Assembly: GCA_012026655.1 (NCBI GenBank)
Contig: JAAILG010000140.1
Span: 62,001 to 126,000, forward strand
Direction: 5' to 3'
Origin: Hydrolagus affinis
Lineage: Eukaryota
DNA length: 64,000 nucleotides
Shown here: positions 1-12,335 of the stretch, one piece after another
Layout: each line of letters opens with the position of its first letter
Numbering within the stretch: the stretch's first letter is position 1
Made by a program: the position numbers and the translations under genes
Notes under the pieces: model-generated
What the model was told of the DNA's origin: nothing
The model's database searches: none
The model's input: the letters and a program-made list of their open reading frames with translations, nothing else

Positions 1-244
1 GTTTCTTTCTGCAACACTGAGGGCTAATTTCAGATGAAGCTTTTTTGGGGGAGGGGAAAACTTTGATATATAATCGTCACAATATGAACGAATGTTAATC
101 GAATATGCCAAGATTGATTTGCAGAGAGGCAAGGTGACAACTGAATCAGGCGTGGGGATATTTTGGCTAATCACAATCAGAAACATATCCAAGTGTATGT
201 TGCGTATTCATCGGAAACTATTGAAACCTGGAAAAGTGAAGGCT

Positions 245-1253
245 CCGCTGTTGTGTTGCTCCCACTTGGTGACATCATCTGCAGACATGGAGTAAATTTC
301 CATATGTACATAGATGACACCCAACTCTATCCGTCTGCCTCCACCTTCAATTCCAGGACTTTTGGCATCCTGACAGACTGCCTTGTCAGACATCAAGTCT
401 GGGATGAGAGACAACTTTCTACAGTTCTACAGTCAGCAAGAACAAGGCCCTCCTGATTCACTCATGCCAGCACCTCCGCACCTCAGGCACTGGCAGCATC
501 AGCATCCACAGATGTACGTTCCACCTAACCAAGCCAGTCAGGAACCTGGGTGTCTTGTTTGACCCTGAACTGACTCTTTCTCCCGCAAATCTGTGCCATG
601 ACCAACACTGCCTTCCACCACCTCTGAAACATTGCTCGACTCCGCCACTGCCTCAACCCTCAGGCCGCAGAAACCCTCACATATGTGTTTGTCACCTCAA
701 GACTCAACTATGGCAACTCCCTCCTTGTTGGTTCCCCAACTCTTCGCTCCACAAGCTGCAGATCATCCAAAACTCTGCAGCCCGTGTCCTCTCCCACACC
801 AGGCTCCATGATCCCATCACCCCCACCCTCTACCGACTCCACTGGCTCCCCAGCCCTCAGAGGATAAAATTCAAGATCCTCATCCTCACTTTCAACGCCA
901 TCCCCGGCCTTGCCCCCTCCTAGCTCTCTGACCCCCTATCAACCTGTCCACTCCCTCCGTTCAGCAGGCTCCAGCATGATTCACGTTTCCCGCCCGACCT
1001 GCCCTACCATCAGCGGCCGGGCTTTTAGCCTCTCTGTTCCCATGCTTTGGAACTCCATCCCACAGTCCATTCACCTTGCTTCCTTCAAGGCTGGTCTCAA
1101 GACCCTCCTTTTCGACAGTCCCTTCAGCCACCCTCCATGTCTCTGTCCTCCCTCATTCCAGCTCGGATCCTGACCCTTAACTGTTCAGCGCCTTGGTCGT
1201 CCTCCCGACGTGAAAGGCGCTCAAGAAATGTAATTTTGTTGTTGTTCTTGTTG
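245..1253 (+). mobile_element. 5'-truncated L2-clade LINE (family A): degenerate RT C-terminal region, 3' UTR and (TTG)n tail
   Basis: Frameshifted translations give LGDIICRHGVNFHMYIDDTQLY (YADD-type RT motif), SRLNYGNSLL and KLQIIQNSAARVL...ITPTLYRLHWLP...RIKFKILILTF, typical of L2 ORF2; ends in the AGCGCCTT...AAGGCGCT stem-loop and TTGTTGTTG tail. Confidence 0.92.
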
Positions 1254-1257
1254 TGCA

Positions 1258-1535
1258 TGTGTGACACTGAGCAACACAGATCAGCAAGGTCTCAGGTTCA
1301 ATTCCTGGTCTGTGCTGAATCAACAGATCTCAGCTGGAGAAACAATTGGGTCACTATAAATTGGCATCAGTGTCTCAATGTTGTGGAGAGAATGTTTTTT
1401 TTAAAAAAAATGCTTAGTTCTACACTAATCCAGTCACTCTTACTGGAAATACACATGTATGGACAGGAACAGGCTCAGTGGTGACCTCCAGCTTCGCACT
1501 ATTTGAATAATTTCTCAATCCTCACTGTCTATGAA
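1258..1535 (+). mobile_element. Old tRNA-derived SINE-like relic
   Basis: B-box-like GGTTCAATTCC at about 1295; related degenerate pieces at about 25665-25727 (-) and 39135-39215 (+). Confidence 0.5.
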
Positions 1536-1964
1536 GAAAGGCCTCGGGAATAACCTAAGTCTGAGTCAGTACTTTGAAGAAAGTAACAAGGGGTGGGGGA
1601 TTGCAAAAGTTTGGCAAATTGTGCTGAGAATTGTTCCAAAAAGCCTCAGATATTGCAGACTGTTGCTTCTTATGTTTTTGAGTGTCAATCCTATCTTAGA
1701 TGTTACCTTTAACCTGGTTATGTGATGCTTACCAGATATTTTTTGTTTTTTAAAACTCAATACTGGCCTAACAACAACTGGCATCAATTAGGCACCCAAT
1801 CGAATGAGCACATATATGAATATATTCTTTTCAGTTTGGGTTTCTGTACCTAGGGCAGACAGCTATAGCACCCTCCATGCCAGGTAGCATCTCACAGCAA
1901 GTGGCGGAGCCATACTCCCAGCCAGGCAAGGGGAGGGAGTGGTGGTGGGTGGTTTGGGTGTCCA

Positions 1965-2072
1965 TACAGGAAGGTTTTCAGGCATGACTTGAAATGGGGG
2001 AGAGAGGGGGCAAGGCAGAGGGATTGAGGGAGAGTGCTCGAGAGTTTTGTGGCATAGTGGCTAAAAGCACGG
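1965..2072 (-). mobile_element. L2 3' region remnant
   Basis: Reverse complement resembles the L2 3' segment at about 1015-1120 (GCTTTTAGC...AAGACCCTCC). Confidence 0.6.
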
Positions 2073-4699
2073 TAGTAGCACTCCTTTCAGATCAAGAAAT
2101 ATGAGTGCAAATAACATTAGCTAAACTAGTTATTCTACAGATTCCGAGCTAATTCAACCCCCAAACTGCATTGAGCAATGCTGCTTCAATGTGCCGGGAA
2201 TCTGCTGACTTGACACCCAGTGGCAGTCCACAAATTGGAGCAGGATACCTGATTGATGCCGCCCACTTTAAATTCCTCTGGCCGGTGGCTGAGCAATGAG
2301 CTGAGCTATGCTGGCACTGACTTCCAGTTAAGTTTGTCATATTATTAGCCAAGAGTGTGACTGGCTCTTTTGTTACATTAAAATACCCATTTTATTTTCC
2401 CACCCACAAGTTTTTAACTTTTATTTCCTTTTAGGTTTTAAAAGTTTGTTTAAAATGGCTGCAGTAAAGTAAATTTAGTTAATTTGTCAGCTGATGGCAT
2501 CACCTCATTCTGAAACCACCTCCTGGAGTGGGGCAGAACTGATTAATGCATCTGGTATAAATGGGATCTCAAACCACCTTAAAACTTGCCCATCAACCAT
2601 CCCTTTAACATTTATAAGTAGCAAAGCATTCCAAATGTATTGGATGGAAAGTTAACATCACAGCACTGCCTCCCTAACCAATTTAATTGGATACAAAGCC
2701 CCTAACAATTGTTTGGCAAATAATCTTAGCCATATTATAATTTGGGAGGAATCTAACCCAATCCCTTAATATCCTTGTCATCTTGGATCCAGGAATCCAA
2801 AGTCTGAAATTATCTTAAACGCTCATCCCTACACTTAATGTAATACCATAATTTGCTGTAGAATTGAAAGCAGGTGCATTAGGAATGCATCGAAATACCA
2901 GTTATTTTTTTTTGAAAAATTTAATTTACAAATTAACAACACTTATCACAGCGTGGGCCTTGGGTTCTGTTTGCCTGAATTTGTGGTAAGAGCTGACAAA
3001 CCTATTCTCTTGCCCCTTGAGATTGCAATACTTGAGCTTAGTTAGTCAATTTGCATCAACAGAAACAAAACAATTTTCTTTTTGACATATTTCTCATATA
3101 TTTGGGTACATTACCACTACACATTCTCCATGTTTAACGTATTTATGATAAATACTGTTCTTATGGAATCAGTTGAGCATTGTAGAACTGCCCTGCGCTG
3201 GTCATTAAATAAACACAAATCTATCTGGGGAATCACTGATGTATTCTTTGCTGAGTGAAAGCAATCCTCAAAAATAATGAAATGGCTTTTTTTTTATATA
3301 TACTGTTGGGAAGTTGTAACTTCACCAACAAATCTGGATGGAACAAAAGCGGCCCTAGGATTGCTAGGCAACATATACCCAGTTCCAAGTTTCTTAACTA
3401 TTTATTGTGAGCAGTGCACTGCATAACTAGATCAAGCCAATATTGCAGCTAATAGAGGATACCAATTATGACCGATTACGTACATCAAAATGGAGCTTTA
3501 TGGTGCTGTCAATCCCTGCCAGCATACAAGTTATTTCAACATTAGAGTAAAAACTGCAGGCAATTGTAATAAGCTGGATTCGCAAACAATTCGTAAATCT
3601 GGAATCTCACTGAGTTGAGCCAACTGACAGAAACTCGATGCCAATTTGCTCCATTGGAAAGACCAATGGAGCATGAGGTAATGTGGGCTTACAGACAGGA
3701 CCAAAGTATTGTATGCAAGCATCTGACAGCTGGAATGCCAACCTTATTTATGTTGTTAAATAATAAGTATTTTTTTTGAAAAAATGATTTTTTGGGGATC
3801 AGGTTCTCCTCGTAACCTGATTCTAAATGGAGCACAACATATAATTAAGTTAGGAATTGGAATTTTGGGTCACCTATTCACTTTATGTGCATGGTATCCA
3901 TGTTTTTTTTTAAAAAAAAGCCAAAGCGTATAAATCAGTAGCATACTTAACAAATGTCTGGCCAAATAAAAAATAAAGTATTGTTCTTAATCTATTACTA
4001 TTGCACCTGTTTCCAATTTAACACAAACTAATAAACGTGGCCACGAGCGTTTGTGTAATCTCTGAATTTGTTTTTTTGGCCCTCATTCATGGTTTCTTAA
4101 CCATATATATGAGGTTTGAATTTTTGCAAGAATAATATCTATTCATCGAAATATCTGCATTAGACCACCGGGGAGAAGTGCTATTGCTGGATTTTCCAAG
4201 ATTGGATATATGTTGACTAAAGCATTGTGAAATATTGTGCAAAGCCCCAGAAGACTATATAGCCACTCTTCCAGCAACTGACAGCTATGGTGTTACAGCA
4301 AACAAACAAAACAATGTTCCAAATGCACAGAGGACTTTTGTCGTTGTTAATGTAGTTGACCATTTTTAATGGGTCAAGTGCATTTAAATGTAAACGCTCA
4401 AATATGTTTTCTTTTCTCAATAAATTATTTGACTTTTTCTCTCTTGCTGTCATTCACCACCCCTCCCCCCCCCCACCACCCCATGCAAAAAAGAATGTAC
4501 ATTTTGTTGGAATTGGAAGAGAGCCATAACTACAACATTCAACAAACTTAAGCCTGTGAAAATCTGACAAAACTAATATCCTTTGTGACAGAAGGTGGGG
4601 TGGGGGGGTAATACCTATATTATAAGGAATTCCAGTCTGGTTTCATAAAGTTTGTTTTGGTTAACTTTTCATTTAAAAGTAAGATGAATCATAAGGAGG

Positions 4700-4850
4700 C
4701 TTGGTACATTGTTCTTTTGCTACTGGGTGACTTGAGTTCAAATCCAATACAGACTGATGGATGAACATGTTTGTTTTGTTTTCAGATTGTGGGACTACAA
4801 AGTGAAATTGGCTAGTATCTGCCGAGTTCCTTGTGGGGTAGATCAGGGTG
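4700..4850 (+). mobile_element. Degenerate LF-SINE-like element 5' part
   Basis: GAGTTCAAATCCAATACAGACTGATGGATGAA resembles the head of the element at 58868; family assignment from memory of the LF-SINE consensus. Confidence 0.4.
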
Positions 4851-5224
4851 TGTAATTTATCGAACGCAAACTGAACAGTTTATGTTGATAAACTACATTG
4901 AAAAGGTAATAGGAATAGAGGAGGTGAAATGCTTAAAATTATTAAACAAGCTTTACAGATTTCAGTTTGGCCTCTTCTTTCTGATTGATCTCCAAATAAA
5001 CTGGACTATAATAATAATCAATAATCATCCTTGCATTTGATATACAGTATTCCATCACATCCATTTCAAAGGAGCAGGAAATTTCTCTCAGTGCCCTGAC
5101 CAAATGTCATCCAGATGCAAATTGGCTTCAGCATTTACCTTCACATACAGCAAGTACACCTGACTGCAATAACTTGTAAAGCATTTTCCAATGACTTTGG
5201 CATCGATGATTATTGTTTGTAATG

Positions 5225-5298
5225 TTGACCCTTGAGCATCCAGTGGCTTGGGATGTCCTCCCGTCATGAAAAGTATTGTATAAATCAATATATTGTTT
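5225..5298 (+). mobile_element. L2 family A 3' tail fragment
   Basis: TGACCCTT...TTGGGATGTCCTCCCGTCATGAAAAG matches 1171-1230. Confidence 0.7.
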
Positions 5299-5357
5299 TT
5301 GATAAGGAATCACTATTTATAAATGATACAACTTAACTGATTTGATCCTGGATCTTT

Positions 5358-5374
5358 GTCGCCACCTATTGGTC
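5358..5374 (-). promoter_or_regulatory. CTCF-like motif
   Basis: Minus strand GACCAATAGGTGGCGAC resembles the CTCF core CCA(N)YAGRTGGCG, with its CpG retained. Confidence 0.4.
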
Positions 5375-5380
5375 CTGTTT

Positions 5381-5495
5381 TAATAATAATATTGCTTGCA
5401 TTTAATACAGCGCTTTTCACGTCTTCTAGATGTCTCACAGCGCTTCACAGAATATACTGTAAAGTGAATTGACTGTATATATGTGGGTGAAGCAC
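5381..5495 (-). mobile_element. SINE 3' fragment (abundant tRNA/Deu/L2-tail family)
   Basis: Reverse complement matches the tail of 11816-12120. Confidence 0.85.
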
Positions 5496-6825
5496 TATCT
5501 CAAATACAGTACAAGAATTATTATTATTCACCCCATGGCTGTTTGTGGGGCATTGACTGCTGTGTTTATCCTCAAAATATACAGTCAAAAATAAATAAGG
5601 TGATTGATTTGGCTCAGCAATATTGATAGCTTTAAGAGTGGGTACTTTGAGATTCGCCTTTTCTTTGTTCTTGTGTTCCATTAGTTGAAGAGGCAATTGT
5701 CTCTGTTGCTGGATGTGATAGCTTATTGTTTTCCATTTTTAATTTTAAATTTAAAAATTGCTTAAAATTGCAAATTGCGTAATTTGCTACAAATGAAAAT
5801 AAGCTGTCTGCAGAGTCTGATGGAATTCCAAGGAAATGGTGGAATTCCAAGGAAATGCAAAACATGGTGTACACTGAGGCATTTGCAAACAGTACTTTGT
5901 GACTCTTATCCAAGGTATCCCACTATCAGCACAGTAAGTGAAAGGACCTATTAAACCATTATCCTACCAAGGTGAAAGGCACTAGTAGGATTAGCACGAG
6001 TAATAGTAGGCACTATCAATGTAAATTTGTATTGTATTTATTAGAATCAATGATCCTATGTCTTTTCCCTTCCTTTTGGATGGTGCATGCACTCCCTGCA
6101 TGGCCCTGATTGAAAATTGGAGCTGAGTGTGAAAGGAATCACAGAGGCAGTGTTGTGGAGTTCCTTTAGATTAGAGGTACCCTCTGAGCAAGACATTAAA
6201 CTTACTTAAGACCAGGCTCTGCTTACCTGTAGATGGAGACAAACCCTTTTTTAAAAATGTAAGTACTGTAAAACAGAAAAGCTTGCGATCAATTAAGCAA
6301 CATCCCTTTTGGATGTGCAGTGATAAAAGAACAAAGGAAATATTTAATAGAGTTCCAATTTATTTTGCATGAACTCAGTAAGTTTGTGAGCAAATGTATT
6401 TTATTGGGTTGCATTGACGAGATAACTAAAGGTCCAAAAGTGTAAGCTTTAATATTGTAATTTTTAAAAATCCTAACTCAGGGTTGGGAGTTGACAGAGG
6501 GAAGTACAATTGCAATGTAAACATGCAGTAGGATGAAGGTTCATTAATTTCCTTTGCCCCACTGTGTGTATCATTTGAGATTTCATCTGTGTTGCTGAGG
6601 GAGTTGTCAATCAGAGGTTGGGAGCGGCTGAGGAGAGGTATCTCTGGGCTATGCCTTCCCCCTAGAACCCAGTTAGGTGCAACTGCTCACTGTGAACTGG
6701 AATCAGCAAATGGTGGGGACCTGCAGAGACTAAGTGGTACAAAGGAGACAATGCAAGATTGCAAAACATTTCAGAATAAAAATTGAAAATCATGACTATT
6801 TCATGATTTTGAAATAAAATATTAT

Positions 6826-6920
6826 TAATAGTAATCGTTGCATTTGTTTGTGCCTTACCACTTTGTTGAGACGTCTCAAAGCGCTACACAGCAGATACTA
6901 TAACATGGATTGACTGTGTA
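6826..6920 (-). mobile_element. SINE 3' fragment
   Basis: TTGCATTTG...GAGACGTCTCAAAGCGCT matches the family tail. Confidence 0.75.
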
Positions 6921-7430
6921 TTAGATTTTGAAGTTAAATTTATCACACTATTTCAAAGTATGACAATCTGTAAATTGCCTTAAAGATTCCATATAATTTT
7001 TGCTGAAACGATTTGCTTTGTGCTCCTGATACACAGTGAAGCTCTGATGATAATTTCTGACATGAGGCGCAATATATCTTTTAAGAGCCTTATAGAATGA
7101 AACATTGTACATTTTAGGCAAAGCAGGTGATGAATACTCAATTTCAATGCAACGTTTTCAAGTTAACATGTGACGCAAACATGCCAAATAGACTTACATA
7201 TACGTTTTTCTGTTTGAATAATATTTTGTTCTTTACAGTTAATAGGAAGTTTTGATGTAAAAGATTTCTCAAACACCCTCCACCCTTCGTAGGTCAGACA
7301 TCTACAGTTTCAGCTCATCTCAACCTCAGTAGCCTCTATCCTCCTCACACTTTTAGGTTCCCTTCCTCTGCAATGCAAATTCAAACTTACTCTAAGATTT
7401 ACACTATTATTAATAATAATATTAATAATC

Positions 7431-7787
7431 ATGGAGTCCTGTAGTTCAGTGGTTAGAGCACTCACCTTGCAAGTGAGAGACCTGGGTGCGATTCCCAGCA
7501 GGTCAGGACGAAACCTTCGGCAAGTTTCCTTACTCCTCACGCCTAATAATAATAATCCCTAAAAAAAAATTAAATTGGTAAACTCAATCCACTTCTGTGG
7601 GACACTGTGGTGCAATTGGCTGTCGCATTTTGCCCACAAAATTGACTATACAGTATATTCTGTGAAGCGCTTTGAGACATCTAGAAGACGTGAAAACAAC
7701 AACAAAATTATATTTATAAAGCTCCTTGAGGATGTCCTAAGGCACTGAAAACCGCTGTTTCAAATTCAAGGATTATTATTATTATTA
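7431..7787 (+). mobile_element. Near full-length tRNA-derived SINE with a small L2-tail insertion in its 3' end
   Basis: A box TAGTTCAGTGG, B box GGTGCGATTCC, Deu-like core GTGGGACACTG..GCAATTGGCTG, (ATT)n tail. Confidence 0.92.
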
Positions 7788-7811
7788 CACTGGAACTGAT
7801 TTTTCAGGAAC

Positions 7812-8052
7812 TTTGTCCCCATGCTCTGGAACTTTCTCCCAAAACAAATCTGTCTCACACCCTCTCTCCCTCTCTTCATCCAAAGTCATTTTAAAATACT
7901 ACCTCTTTAACTACCTCGTCATCTCTTTCCATGTTCAGTCAATCAACTCCTATCAGGCCTGTTTTGCATCTCTCTCAGGCTCCTATTGCATCTCTATCTA
8001 ATGTATTGAGACATTATCCTACTAGTAAGTTGCTGTATAAGTGCAAATTGTC
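7812..8052 (+). mobile_element. Old L2 3' end remnant
   Basis: CCCATGCTCTGGAAC matches 1038-1053; ends in a degenerate tail TGTATAAGTGCAAATTGT. Confidence 0.6.
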
Positions 8053-8192
8053 TTCAAAATCATACTCACGCTCCTAAACTTATTCCAAATGCTCGCAGTA
8101 AAGATTCCCAAGTTTTATTCACTCACCTACTCAGACAGATTGCCAGATTAATCTAGTGCTTTAACAATCCCAAAGTTGGCATCAGGCATCTG

Positions 8193-8270
8193 ATAATAGT
8201 AATAATAATAATAATCCTTACATTTGATAAAGCACCTTATCACATCGTTCAGACGTGTCAAAGTACTTCA
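8193..8270 (-). mobile_element. SINE tail fragment (GTGATAAGG variant)
   Basis: (AAT)n CCTTACATTTGATAAAGCACCTTATCAC. Confidence 0.75.
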
Positions 8271-9119
8271 CTAAAATCTAACAGGAAATCATGTTGTTTT
8301 CCACTGGTGGAAAGTTGCTATTACTCCTAGGTAGAACAAATCCAGATTTAATAGCACAGATATCCTTGGGCAGTGATAGAGCAAGAGTAACGGCAACTTT
8401 TCCATATCACACTCACTGTGCCTCCACACCCAAAGCAACACTTACCCATCTCAGCCACTGTACAAACATGACAAGATGTGGTCTACCACTTCCATGTCCC
8501 TGGGCAGTGTCAGCAACATCTAACGTGTGACACAAACCAGACATGCAGCTTGCAGCCCAAGGCAAAGATTTCAAGTCCTGGCACGACGAGGGCATTCAAA
8601 AGCCCTTGCCGTTTATCGACAACACAATGATTGACTCTTTTTGACATTGGAAAAAACACAGAAAACACAGGGGCTTGAAAACTTTTAAGGTATTCGATTT
8701 AGCCACCAGGTCACATATTTCCACTCCTCTATTTTACTAGATTTGTGCCTCAAGTGTTTAAATGGGAAAATCCCACCAGTGGAATATTTCAACGATTAAA
8801 GCAAAGGCTTACTGTCAACAGTAGACAAAGCCCACGGTGATAAATGTTACTGTTAACCATCAGCAGTAAACCCATCTCTGTATCTCCACAGGAACGTATG
8901 GCATGAGGAATTTTTAAATGAGTTTGATGCACCATGTTTACACCATCAAAAGCACGTTGTTAAAAGTGCTTGCAGGCTGTCACCTTTATGATGGTTTCTA
9001 AAGCAAACACAATGTTGTGATAGCCATTGAGTTTAATAGCCTCACATCATCCAAATGGTTTGACTTGAAGTCTGATAAATTGAATTTACTGTATACGGTA
9101 CATTGGCAATCTAACTTAC

Positions 9120-9291
9120 AATAATAATAATCTTGCATTTGATACAGTGCTTTATCAAGTTTTCTAGACGTCTCAAAGTGCTTTACAGAATATACTGTAA
9201 AGTGAATTGTCTGTTTATTGTGGATGAAACGTGGCAACCAATTGCACACAACAGTATCCCAGTCATGGCTTGAAATGGCCAATTTATTATT
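9120..9291 (-). mobile_element. SINE 3' half
   Basis: Tail plus core (CCAATTGCACACAACAGTATCCC) of the abundant family. Confidence 0.85.
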
Positions 9292-10253
9292 TTGTGGTAT
9301 AAAATGGTTGTTGCACAACAAATAAAATCACAGATAAGTTTCAAATAGTTTGAATAATGTACTGCATATAACATAATCTGGTTTCTCAAAAACCTGTTAA
9401 ATCAACTGGGATTATGGCAATGGAAAAAGACAATGATCTTTTTACTGCACGTCAATCAGCACCTACCTATACCTGGATTTTTTAATTATCACATAGAACA
9501 GTACAGTAAGATTTCACTCGGATATACCTGACAATCATGTTGACATAAATGTTCCGACTTCTGTGGAATTGTGGACATATTAAGGAACCAGTTTGTAGCA
9601 AAGTGCTGACGAAACCAAAAAATCAAACAAGAAATCTGCACCTATTTCATTAAAGGCTTTCAACAGATAATTTGCACATGAATGTCCAGAGCAAACTGCG
9701 ATCTTGTAGTATCTTTGTTAATAAGCAGCAATCCAATAAAATAAGAACATAAGAATTTGCTCTGTGAGAGAAGACTAAAGTTCATCTCATTCACCATCCT
9801 GGCAGTCGTTTGACATTTTTTGTCCCTATGACTGTAAATACTGTACCTTAAAGTATAATGCATTTCTCTGCAGCATTGTAAGTATAAGACAATGTAAATC
9901 ACTGCAAGCCAATATAAAATTCTTGCTATCACTTCCCCATAGTATCAGCTGTTGGTCATCAATATTTAATATTTAGGCACTGCAAAAAATTAAAAGCATG
10001 AGCAATTAAAAATTTATCAACCACGGCATACATTGATTTACAGGAAATCTGTGAGCTGTTTTTTTGTTGTGGTAAAGTAGTGATGCACTTTATATGTACA
10101 GGTACATACAATTCATCAGCGCAACTGTTATTCTATCACATTATTTTGAAAAGGCAAAAGCTTTGCAGAGTTGAGTTGATAGAACAATTTCATTGGCAGA
10201 GTTTGATCATTGTGCAAGGTTGCAAACTTCTTTTTTAATGGCTCATTCTATAG

Positions 10254-10300
10254 ACAACAACAACAAGTTTGATTTATATAGTGCTCTCCACGCCGACATC
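10254..10300 (-). mobile_element. L2 family B extreme 3' tail
   Basis: (CAA)n TTTGATTTATATAGTGC...CCACGCCG matches the reverse complement of 29428-29481. Confidence 0.65.
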
Positions 10301-11815
10301 AGATGTGTAATTACAGTATTTTAAACAAACACTTTGGGGAACTCAGCAGGAAATTTACATCAAAATAAAATACATGTACTGTAGTACAATGTCACAATCA
10401 ATTAATTCTTCAAAATGTTGCAAAATGTATTTCACTTTTCCATTCATTTAGCTGCTTGGGCTTTGTAATATTTCACATTAGAAGTACAGTATATGGACCT
10501 TTTTTCGAATTGTTATAAATTATGGGAACAGATAAAAGCAAAGCTACATTGAATATTTAACAACCTTCTGACCCAGTGGCGAGAGAGCAACTAACTGAAT
10601 TCTTGAAATGCGTGAAACATAAAACATTAAAAAAATTCATTGAAAATGAAATACATTTAAAACAAATATGTTGAGACATATGCACAATGTTTATTTTTTC
10701 ACATGGAATAGAATATCTGTACTCAGCGTTTAACATTCAGGGCCAGCCCTATAACAAGATTCCTTGTATTTATATTCAGCAATATACAGCTGATTATATG
10801 TGGAACTATTTAATGTGGAACACTTCCACTAACTGATGGAAATGGCTAAACACTGTTACTTGTAGCTGCAGTTGTTATTTCGAGAGATTGAAGGTGTCAA
10901 TACCTTTCCCTCAAAATATTAGTGTGCTGCTGGATTAACTCAGAGAACAGTTGTAATGCCAATTTAATGGGCTGCTTTAGTTGTATCAAATCGTCAAATT
11001 ATGATGACAGAATTAGCAGTGTTAGACAGAATGAATAACATTTCCCGGACTGGCTTAATTGACACTCATAAAAAAATATTAATAGCGTTCCATTAAAGAG
11101 AAGAGATAATAAGATGACATTGTAGAATAATTCATCATGAAGGAGTATTAATGCTTACACTGGAATAAGTAGCTTTGAAAAGATTCACAATTAAAAATGA
11201 AACAAATAACGGTTGTGTTGAATATGTCAAATTAAAAAAATGTTTAGTCAATTTGTATACCCATTGAGTAATTTAAGTAATTTAAGTAATGCATTTATAA
11301 TGTATTTATAATGGCTTTTAAGGTTGGGTGTTTTTTAAATGCTCGCACTGTTTACCTATTGCAATAGATAATACACATCTTAATATTTTATACCAGATTG
11401 CTTTATGTCTATCATCTGTATCATGATGATTAATTTTTTTTACAAAAGCATGTTCATATTTATTGTTTAATCCACACATTTATTTTATTTCCAAATCATT
11501 CCTAACATTGCTTCACGTGTGTACAAACATGCTAGATCTTTCATAGTCACCATGAAATTAATTTATTGAATCTTCCCTAACTATCTGCCTAAATATGTTT
11601 ACACTTTAGGACAAGAATCTTGTACCAAATACTCTTCCAAATGTGTCTTCAAGCAGTTACTGGTCATGCATCATAGTCTGTTTCCACCTTACCTTAATAC
11701 TGAACAGAAGAAAAATGTGTTGTATAGGATGCTTCCTGATGCATCTTACTTAAGTAAGTACAGTAGTATATTTATATTTATGATGTTATAGTTTTATGTT
11801 ACCAAAGTAGTTCTC

Positions 11816-12120
11816 ATGGAGTCCTGTAGCTCAGTGGTTAGAGCACTTGCCTCACAAGTGAGAGACCTGGGTTCGATTCCAGGCAGGGTGAAATCTTGGA
11901 CTGGTTTCCTTACGCCTGATAATAATCCCTCCAGAAAAAAAAACAATAATAAATTGGTCATTTCAATCCACGACTGTTTGTGGGACACTGCTGTGAGGAA
12001 TTGGCTGCTATGTTTCACACATATACAGTAAATTCACTTTACAGTATATTATGTGAAGCATTTTGAGGTGTCTAGAAGATGTGTAAAAGCGTTATATGAA
12101 AGGCAAGGATTATTATTATT
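11816..12120 (+). mobile_element. Full-length tRNA-derived SINE (~305 bp)
   Basis: GGAGTCCTGTAGCTCAGTGGTTAGAGC head, perfect B box GGTTCGATTCC, Deu-like core, L2-like stem-loop tail with (ATT)n. Confidence 0.95.
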
Positions 12121-12231
12121 GACTAACTGGCAAGTTGAGACTGGCACAAAGTCATTCCTATTAAGCACATTTGTTGTTGTTGTGAGATCTTGGTTTAACA
12201 ATCATTCGAAGGATGGCATGCTTATCTTGGC

Positions 12232-12335
12232 ATAGCTCCCCCAGCACTGCACTGGAGTGTCAGCCCAGATTATGAACATAGAGTCCTAAAATTTAACAAT
12301 CTTCTGACCCAGCGGTGAGAGTTCAACCAACTGAA
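12232..12335 (-). mobile_element. Older DeuSINE (SacSINE1/AmnSINE1-like) 5' part
   Basis: CAGCACTGCACTGGAGTGTCAGCCCAGATTATG...CTTCTGACCCAG resembles the reverse complement of the DeuSINE head/Deu junction. Confidence 0.65.

Noticed and set aside
163-1484. Overlapping ORFs with RT similarity
   Set aside because: Frameshifted fragments of a dead L2 copy; annotated as a mobile element, not a CDS
5821-5857. Short tandem duplications (also 11268-11307, 13034-13056, 40330-40376, 48342-48377)
   Set aside because: Ordinary slippage-type micro-duplications with two or three units; not arrays and not CRISPR-like
11818-11890. tRNA gene-like sequence (also at 7433, 18455-18526, 50207, 59827)
   Set aside because: These are SINE heads: each continues into the same SINE core and tail, and the copies diverge from one another
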